Origin: Verrucomicrobiales bacterium
GTDB taxonomy: Bacteria > Verrucomicrobiota > Verrucomicrobiia > Verrucomicrobiales > V1-33
DNA length: 41,174 nt
Reading direction: 5' to 3'
NCBI GenBank assembly: GCA_031411295.1
Contig: JANOAV010000198.1
Location: 1-41,174 of the forward strand
Shown here: one piece after another, positions 36,001 to 41,174 of the stretch
Layout: each line of letters begins with the position of its first letter
Position numbering within the stretch: the stretch's first letter is position 1
Translations under genes and position numbers: made by a program
The notes under the pieces: model-generated
What the model saw: only the letters and a program-made list of their open reading frames with translations
Told to the model about the DNA's origin: nothing
Databases searched by the model: none

Positions 36001-37704
36001 ATGCACGGGAGAGGACCACAGTCTCTCATCCTGATCCGGTCCCACCGCTCCCTCCGTGGCCCCGGGGACACCGCTGCCTATGCCGGGCTGACCTTTGCCT
36101 CCTGCGGTCGCGCCAACGCCCGGCGCGCCTCCGGCACCACCAGCACCAGGCCGTGGCAGCACATAGGCGTGGCCGTTCTGCTGGATCAGGCTCTCCCAGT
36201 GGGATAGAGGATTGGGCACGACGAGCTTGTTGTTAAAGTATTGATAATGCACCGTCATCGGCGTCCCGCCTGAGCCGCCTGGCGTGGTGAGCCCGCCACT
36301 TCCACCGCCCGCCTCGCCACTCAGGAGCGACGGATTTGCGCTGAAGGTGGCTCCCGTCGGAATGTTCACGTCGCCATTCACCAGGATTCGCACGGGCTTC
36401 GTTCCGGTGAAATTTACGCGGTCCAGCGCATCGAAGTTCAGGCTGCTGCCGAAGGAAAATTCCACCGCATCGTCTTTTTCGACGACTTGATTGATCACCA
36501 CGCCTTCCACGAAATTGACTGGCACGCCATCGCCATCCACCACTCGTTTGTTCAGTGAATCGAAACGATATTGCGCGGTGTCAGCAATGGCCGACGTCTG
36601 CCGCAACGCCAGTCCGTAGAGGTGCCAACTATAGCCTGGCACCTGCTGGGCGAGGGTGATTGTCCGGGTGGTGCCCGTGGCTTGGAAATTGTAGTCCACG
36701 CGGATGCCGGCGTTGTCGCCCAAGGCGTCCTGATTGATGCTCTTCGTGTCGCTGCCACTGGTAAACGTTATCGGTCGGGTGCCGGTGGCATCCCAGCCAA
36801 CGCTAAGAAAACTCACCACATAAGTGGCGTTAGGCGTCAGCCCTTGCAGCGTGACCGTGGCCGGATTTCCGCCCCAGATGAAATCACGCGCCAACACCGC
36901 GCTGCCCGTCCCCGTGAGGGCCGTGAGCGTGTTCGTGTCGTTGGGAAAGACCTGCGTCACGCCAGTGACGGCAAATTGCCCAGCCACCGCCGGAGCTGCC
37001 GTCCCGATCCCTGGCACCACGCGACCATTGACCAGCGTTCCGGTCGTGGAGCCGAAATGATAGGCCCACGTGCTGTTCGCCACGATGCCCGACGACGCAT
37101 CATCGCTCCAGTTGGCCAGGGTAAACGGATCGACCAGGGCGACGGAAAAAGCATCCACCAGCAGCGCGCTGTCCGAGCCCGCCGTGATCGTTTCATTCCG
37201 AATCTGCAACGCCACGGAAGCGGCGGTGGCTGTGAAATCACCCACCACGAAATAATACGCCGCGCTGCCACCAACCGCCGGGCTGGCAGTGAACGGCACC
37301 GGCACGCCATTGGCAATGGCATAGGTCGCGATGGGCGGCGTGTAAGCCCCGCGGCAATTGGCACGGAATTGCAGCCGATACGTCTTTCCCACCGTCAGTC
37401 CGGTGATGGTCGTGGAAAGCGTCGTCGATCCAATGCCCGTGCTCTGAATGAAGGCCACGTTCGATCCATTCGGCACCGCCCCATTATCCGCAAACGGAGT
37501 GCCCCCCGCTGGATTCAATCCCGCGCGCCCCGGGTTCGAAGCGGTCCAGCCAGAGATCGCGGCATTTCCCGAGATGTAACCCGGAGCAACCGTAAACGAA
37601 TTCGCCTCGTAGGACGGATTAGGAATCGTCTGCGCTGCTGCGATACTAAGCAGAGCGAGCAACATCGGAAACAGACGACAAAGGGAAACAGAAGGTGCAT
37701 TCAT
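33055..37704 (-). CDS. Large secreted multidomain protein with Gly-rich repeats and Ig/PPC-like domains
   Basis: Signal peptide; carbohydrate-binding-like N-terminal jelly-roll; long GGxGGxGG tracts; PPC-like DDH...GDSDAFRI...PGTYFIVVRG...GAYTL. Confidence 0.8.
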   Translation of the reverse strand: MNAPSVSLCRLFPMLLALLSIAAAQTIPNPSYEANSFTVAPGYISGNAAISGWTASNPGRAGLNPAGGTPFADNGAVPNGSNVAFIQSTGIGSTTLSTTITGLTVGKTYRLQFRANCRGAYTPPIATYAIANGVPVPFTASPAVGGSAAYYFVVGDFTATAASVALQIRNETITAGSDSALLVDAFSVALVDPFTLANWSDDASSGIVANSTWAYHFGSTTGTLVNGRVVPGIGTAAPAVAGQFAVTGVTQVFPNDTNTLTALTGTGSAVLARDFIWGGNPATVTLQGLTPNATYVVSFLSVGWDATGTRPITFTSGSDTKSINQDALGDNAGIRVDYNFQATGTTRTITLAQQVPGYSWHLYGLALRQTSAIADTAQYRFDSLNKRVVDGDGVPVNFVEGVVINQVVEKDDAVEFSFGSSLNFDALDRVNFTGTKPVRILVNGDVNIPTGATFSANPSLLSGEAGGGSGGLTTPGGSGGTPMTVHYQYFNNKLVVPNPLSHWESLIQQNGHAYVLPRPGAGGAGGAPGVGATAGGKGQPGIGSGVPGATEGAVGPDQDERLWSSPVHLAYGYGGAVPALQSNLPGFIKANGAAGSKGWNNPATAASGGTSGEFEAVCVFGFPPVCVLYTTEWGAGGTAGPGGAPFADGITGGNGGTGADANHAGHGNGVPGFRGQGGTYAANSAAAPVLRGGNGGGAGGSGSGGAAGAPGGAGGGGGGGGTGALANAGGAGGKGGQGKFGGAGGAGGTGGAGGDGGGAFEISALGDIVVGGMLSARGGNGADGGSLQAGLPSTTVMPGHPEYVVDPVGKPGVPGTTISGFSSGSGGRGGDGGEGGRGGDGGEGAGGGGGAGGTIILRGSNVSFTGNASASAHMDVSAGTPGGGGLGAATPASQPGAYFVIPTPSIALSQTFFSYTINRGQTVADATFNIQNNGIAGSTLHWKMEPQWWITATARSGTLASGASFAQTLHFDTSVLGGGSYFFAFQVRDADPHAFTVPRMITISFSVNGAPDDHFDAIQGGTLVPDTSNAAISGVLEVNGDSDAFRIEVTESGTLEAWTTGNINTAGSLLDADGHIIVTGDDQLGDQNFRLVHAVTPGTYFIVVRGSTLNTTGAYTLHVNVRAGGAPFVADIKKSGANKFLVWDGYAGQTYRVLSSPDLLHWNLDSPDLFTGGDIQLSHPVPGGLPKQFFRVHLGDLIPVTAASIRSSSSPANSADLVSATPGTGLTIGTPANTGDTALLLNGAPLGQEAGVLIASAAINPLKTFVAQAPSPATGTPPAGFPNGHWLATSGPAPNSDNAGGNASAAWFPFSAGWIGGRVVNSVGTFNNFDFSSYFFVAPFLNFVLDDDGLGSHFETDPNKVPLVLSDVYKGGEKLPFAQTPYLQGSWITCGAGTNAQPLVTGIRPQILDDEFFGLGFYNYKADGTPACTAPYNIVFVPWTTPHAAVGHVLDSGGFTLGSANYTAIKLTNPLRYHINIPTMGPDLSKGTFLATAWDLHPACLITYSYPATGGIDVTPVRLPLTNSTPTPAQCGFNFVYIPHNETVFGPGE

Positions 37705-37804
37705 GTGGAGCGCGGAAGTGACGAGCGTTGTCTGATTCTATGCCATTTTTTGCCCGACGCTGCGAGAAAAAATCAAATTTTCGCCAACCGAGTTGAAACC
37801 ATCG

Positions 37805-37891
37805 CACTCGTTGGCCGCCTCCCGAATGTGGAGCAGTCGGCTCGACTGCTCACCTCCACCCCACCCACCGCAGTCCAGCGGACTGCGACCA
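37805..37891. repeat. REP-doublet direct repeat, copy 1 (copy 2 at 38444-38531)
   Basis: Contains hairpins GTGGAGCAGTCGGCTCGACTGCTC and CGCAGTCCAGCGGACTGCG. Confidence 0.85.
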
Positions 37892-37894
37892 TAA

Positions 37895-38051
37895 GGAGGT
37901 GGAGCGAGGCTGAGCCCGAGCCAGTCGTGAGCCCAAACACCCAAATGCTAGACGCATGTTGCTAGCGATGCTCGATCTGCGCAGGAAGGAAGAGGTGCGA
38001 ATTTGGGACATCAGCCTGACGCAAGCTCGGACGCAGCCTCGCACCACCTCC
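37895..38051. repeat. Second REP-like inverted-repeat element
   Basis: GGAGGTGGAGCGAGGCTGAGCCCGAGC (37895-37921) pairs with GCTCGGACGCAGCCTCGCACCACCTCC (38025-38051), 24/27 match. Confidence 0.75.
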
Positions 38052-38122
38052 CTGCGTTGCTTGGTTGCAGTTGGGTGATTGCGAGGGTATCAAACCAAGC
38101 CGCTGCTTCACCCTTTATCCTC

Positions 38123-38377
38123 ATGGAAACCGTGTCCTCTTCCCGTAAATCCACCTTCGCTACCGTCTTGGCGCTCGTGCTTGTGCTCTACGTGGGGAGT
38201 TATTGCTGGCTGCGGTTTGGGATGGCCCAACAAATCACCTGGCATGGCCTCCCCATACTTTGCCTATATAATGAGCGGTGGACAGGAATCGATGACCGCA
38301 TGAATTTCATTTTCAAGCCGCTACTGAAGGCAGACGCGCTCATTTCAGGGAACCTAAGTGTCTGGTTTCGCGGGTGA
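38123..38377 (+). CDS. Small membrane-anchored hypothetical protein (84 aa)
   Basis: Single hydrophobic helix FATVLALVLVLYVGSYCWLRF; IFKPL..AD.LISG tail. Confidence 0.65.
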   Translation: METVSSSRKSTFATVLALVLVLYVGSYCWLRFGMAQQITWHGLPILCLYNERWTGIDDRMNFIFKPLLKADALISGNLSVWFRG

Positions 38378-38443
38378 CCCCATGTGGCGCAATATTGAGT
38401 AGGCCTCCAAAAGCGACCCAACGCTCGCTTCCCCACAGCGAAC

Positions 38444-38531
38444 CACTCGTTGGCAGCTCCCCCGAATGTGGAGCAGTCGGCTCGACTGCTCACCCCCACC
38501 CTGCCCACCGCAGTCCAGCGGACTGCGACCA
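38444..38531. repeat. REP-doublet direct repeat, copy 2
   Basis: Near-identical to 37805-37891. Confidence 0.85.
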
Positions 38532-38769
38532 CTCTCAGAGCCAAGCCCGCCGCCCGATCCTCCGCCTCAAGGCGGTTCCCAGCATCATTTCGACAGACTT
38601 ATGCCCCCAATGGCATGATCTCTTGGTTCGCCATGGCTACCACCCCGGTTAGCTCTCTGCCCTATCTTGTGCTAAACCATCTGCCGACAGCCTCCCGAGA
38701 ACGAATATTTCGCTAACGCTGGGGAGACTTTCAGGAATGGTGAAGACTGGCACGATCTATTTCAGCGAT

Positions 38770-39384
38770 TCAAATTGCGCTTCCTTTTTCCCCGGCTTCC
38801 AAGAAATCTCGATAAGGGAATCTGTTGATGTCCCATTCCTGTAGCGCGCTTCGTCTCTCTTGGGCATCCAATCGACACGGCAGATGGCGCGGGTGATTTA
38901 ACCCATATAGCAGCAACGTGCATTCCGCGCTCTTTTGCATCTCGGTGGAGATATCAGGCCGCACTTCGATCTTACCGGTAGTATAGTCTGGGTAAAAATA
39001 ATCCGCGAAAGCATACCCGAGCTGGTCTGGCGCTAGCAACTCTGGCTCCCACTTTTCACTTTTCCGACCCTGACAAAAGTCGCAGCAGAAATAGAGATTC
39101 TCCCATTGCCATGCCAGACGAGGAAACTTCGATTTGGGTCGAAAGTGCTCAATCGTCTCGTTGGATGGCGGGCTAACGGGGCAGGCGTCACAAAACGAGC
39201 AATGATTACCTGCTTGGAGTTTCAGCGGCGGAAGCAGCTTTAGGTTCACCTTCTCGTTGTCCAGTTGCCGCCAGTTCCAAGCAGAGCGCTTATCCTTCGT
39301 GAGATTCTCCTCCCAAGCCAATCCCCACTCCTCCCATTTGGAGGCGAGAAATTCCGGTGCTGCACCACGCGATTGTTTCCTCAT
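38770..39384 (-). CDS. HNH endonuclease, PtuB/TIGR02646-like
   Basis: HCSFCD...IEHFRPKS.FP.LAWQWENLYFCCDFCQGRK; start 5 nt after the ATPase stop. Confidence 0.85.
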   Translation of the reverse strand: MRKQSRGAAPEFLASKWEEWGLAWEENLTKDKRSAWNWRQLDNEKVNLKLLPPLKLQAGNHCSFCDACPVSPPSNETIEHFRPKSKFPRLAWQWENLYFCCDFCQGRKSEKWEPELLAPDQLGYAFADYFYPDYTTGKIEVRPDISTEMQKSAECTLLLYGLNHPRHLPCRLDAQERRSALQEWDINRFPYRDFLEAGEKGSAI

Positions 39385-39389
39385 GAGAC

Positions 39390-40694
39390 TTAGTGCGAAC
39401 CGTTGAGCATCTTTTCCATCTGGGCCTTTTCTTTGCTCATCATGTAAGCTAGTTCCGTGCCCCGGTTGCTGATGCGGTCTGCCAGCGTGATGGCCTGTTC
39501 CCTCATGCCGGGCTCCTTGCGCAGCGCCTTGGTGCGCAGTTCGCGATAGTCGCTCAGGAGTTCCTCCGTTTCGGGATCGTAAAGTTCTGTCACGCCCATG
39601 ATGGCTCCTAGCACCTGCACGTAGCTGTCGCCTTCGCTGGCTTTGAGCGGCGGATCGATGGAGACCAATCCATCCTTGTTGATGTTGAAATTGTGGATCC
39701 AGCCTTCGTTCACCGACGCGATGACAAATGGCGAATGCGTCGCCACAAAGATCTGTGCCTGCGGGAACATGCGTTGCGCCATGGGAATTACCTGCCGTTG
39801 CCAACTGGGGTGCAGATGACATTCCACCTCGTCTAACAGGACCATCAGCGGCTGTGCCCATGGGTTCTTCTCGTTGGGATAGGTCAGGTCCATGACCACC
39901 GCTAATTCCACCAGCCAGCCGAGAATGGAGCGGAGCCCGTCCGGCAGTAAATTAAAGGGCAGGGGCTTCTTGCCCCAGTTCACCATCAGCATGGTGGAAG
40001 GCTGAGAAACGACCTCAAAGCTAATGTGCCTCCCAGCCAACCTACTCATGCTCTCTTCAATGTAGGAAATGAGCCGGAACTGACGGGAGCGCTTCTTCGC
40101 TTCGTCGTAACCTCCGTAGTTGCGAATGTGTTGTGCCGCGGAAAGTGAGAGGTTGGAGAGCGCTTGGGCCAAGTCTTTGCTTGAGGACGTTGGTTTTTGG
40201 AACGCTAAGCTGATTTTCTTCGCAGGAACTTTCACGGCCTGCATTGGAGTAATTCCGCAATCCGAGAGGTGTGCGTCTCCTGAATAGGCGAAGCAGGGGA
40301 GCTTGTTGAGAGTGTCTCTTTGAAAATTGATCCCATAATTTCCGTGCACGGCTCTACCAAAGTAGAATATTTTAGAATCTTGCTGCTTTCGAAAAAAGGA
40401 ACCGGCAGACAAACCTGTATGTGATTGGATTTCCCTTGCACTGCCTGTCCCTAAGCCATCACCCGCAAACACCGTTACATTCTCCTCTCCCCCCAACCTC
40501 GCCATCAACGCATCACCATTCCCCAATCCCGCAGCCAGCAATGAAAGCAGCCGCGTCTTCCCCGTGCCATTGACACCTGTGAACAGGTGAACCTCCGCCA
40601 GCGCGGACGGATTCTCCACTGCGGGAAACTCCATCTCCAGCTCGCCAAAAGGTTCAAATGATGGACTATAGATGCCTCGAATTCTCATACGCAT
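39390..40694 (-). CDS. ABC/AAA ATPase, PtuA-like
   Basis: Walker A GVNGTGKT, signature LPDG, Walker B LLDEVECHLHPSWQ, H-loop ATHSP. Confidence 0.88.
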   Translation of the reverse strand: MRMRIRGIYSPSFEPFGELEMEFPAVENPSALAEVHLFTGVNGTGKTRLLSLLAAGLGNGDALMARLGGEENVTVFAGDGLGTGSAREIQSHTGLSAGSFFRKQQDSKIFYFGRAVHGNYGINFQRDTLNKLPCFAYSGDAHLSDCGITPMQAVKVPAKKISLAFQKPTSSSKDLAQALSNLSLSAAQHIRNYGGYDEAKKRSRQFRLISYIEESMSRLAGRHISFEVVSQPSTMLMVNWGKKPLPFNLLPDGLRSILGWLVELAVVMDLTYPNEKNPWAQPLMVLLDEVECHLHPSWQRQVIPMAQRMFPQAQIFVATHSPFVIASVNEGWIHNFNINKDGLVSIDPPLKASEGDSYVQVLGAIMGVTELYDPETEELLSDYRELRTKALRKEPGMREQAITLADRISNRGTELAYMMSKEKAQMEKMLNGSH

Positions 40695-40774
40695 ATCCTA
40701 ATCACAGGAAGTGCATCCCGCAACCCAAGGAATTGATCCGGACTGCTTTGGTGTAAGCGGCTGCCTCCTGTGCG

Positions 40775-40801
40775 GTGGCGCGGACTCAAGTCCGGCACTA
40801 C
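40775..40801. repeat. GTAG-type REP-like palindrome
   Basis: Minus strand reads GTAGTGCCGGACTTGAGTCCGCGCCAC. Confidence 0.5.
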
Positions 40802-40814
40802 TTTGGGAAAACAA

Positions 40815-40846
40815 CAGGGCACAGACGAATCACCGTCTGTGCCCTG
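40815..40846 (-). terminator. Perfect 13-bp hairpin, likely intrinsic terminator of the upstream minus-strand gene
   Basis: CAGGGCACAGACG-aatcac-CGTCTGTGCCCTG, followed on the minus strand by TTGTTTT. Confidence 0.6.
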
Positions 40847-40894
40847 ACTGCTTTTCTGTCCCCTGTCCCCTGTCCTCCGCCCTCCGCCCTCCGC

Positions 40895-41173
40895 CTATCC
40901 TCCAATCGTCACACTGACCTCAGCGCTCCAGACGCCCACGCGGACGTCTCCGGCGTGGTAGATGGCGCGGTATTTCCATTTGGTGAGGGTGGCGGGCGGG
41001 GGGGTGTTGTCGGTGTAGTTCGGGGTGGTATCAAAGGCCAGGGGGCCCCAGCCGGTGCCGCGATCCACTTGCAGTTCGCACATGTCCAGCCAAGCTCCCC
41101 AGCCGTTCCAGCCCCAGGTGATTTTCACGCCGCTGGCGGTGACTTGGACGCTGATGGTGGGGGCGATGGTGTT
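40895..41173 (-). CDS. Hypothetical protein, C-terminal FN3/Ig-like domain (partial, start outside the window)
   Basis: Frame is open to the window edge: APTISVQVTASGVKITWGW...DTTPNYTD...WKYRAIY...GVWSAEVSVTIGG; GC-biased codons. Confidence 0.65.
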   Translation of the reverse strand, partial: NTIAPTISVQVTASGVKITWGWNGWGAWLDMCELQVDRGTGWGPLAFDTTPNYTDNTPPPATLTKWKYRAIYHAGDVRVGVWSAEVSVTIGG

Positions 41174-41174
41174 G

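Noticed and set aside
36571..37965. 464-aa plus-strand ORF
   Set aside because: An antisense shadow of the GC-rich 1549-aa gene; Arg-rich, with no recognisable motifs.
37780..38531. Integron attC sites or a CRISPR array
   Set aside because: The AAC...GTT segments are only about 40 bp with poor core matches and there is no integron integrase. There are only two repeat copies, with no regular spacers or cas genes.
39385..39861. 363-aa version of the HNH ORF
   Set aside because: The extension lies inside the ATPase gene in another frame. ATG 39384 fits the family length.
40695..40894. Retron msr/msd ncRNA upstream of the PtuA-like gene
   Set aside because: The hairpins are better explained as a terminator and a REP, and no RT gene is adjacent.

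Overview
This is a mosaic, accessory-looking 41-kb bacterial window, most likely from the PVC superphylum (Verrucomicrobia-like). That call rests on a PEP-CTERM protein, an ECF sigma/Ser-Thr kinase pair and a DUF1552 fragment. From left to right it holds: the start of an IS630-like transposase that truncates a secreted-protein gene; a Uma2 endonuclease with a decayed tandem copy; a secreted beta-propeller protein; an alpha-2-macroglobulin/PBP1C pair; a kinase/ECF sigma/PEP-CTERM block bracketed by two copies of the pbpC 3' end; fragments and duplicated tails of a YwqG/DUF1963-like gene and a DUF1552 gene; an intact ISL3 inside a small ORF; and a Tat-type amidohydrolase. Next is a bacterial ubiquitination-like locus (triple-Ubl-GG-E2 fusion plus JAB-E1 fusion), divergent from an RHH-GNAT-HTH-IrrE/ImmA operon. 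The right end has a large Gly-rich secreted protein, REP-like hairpin doublets and a Septu/PtuAB-like ATPase-HNH pair. The two most interesting signals are the Ubl-E2 polyprotein conjugation system with its regulatory/toxin operon, and a recurrent 'duplicated gene tail flanking cargo' architecture with no integrase in view. All family assignments come from motif recognition by eye; no database searches were run.
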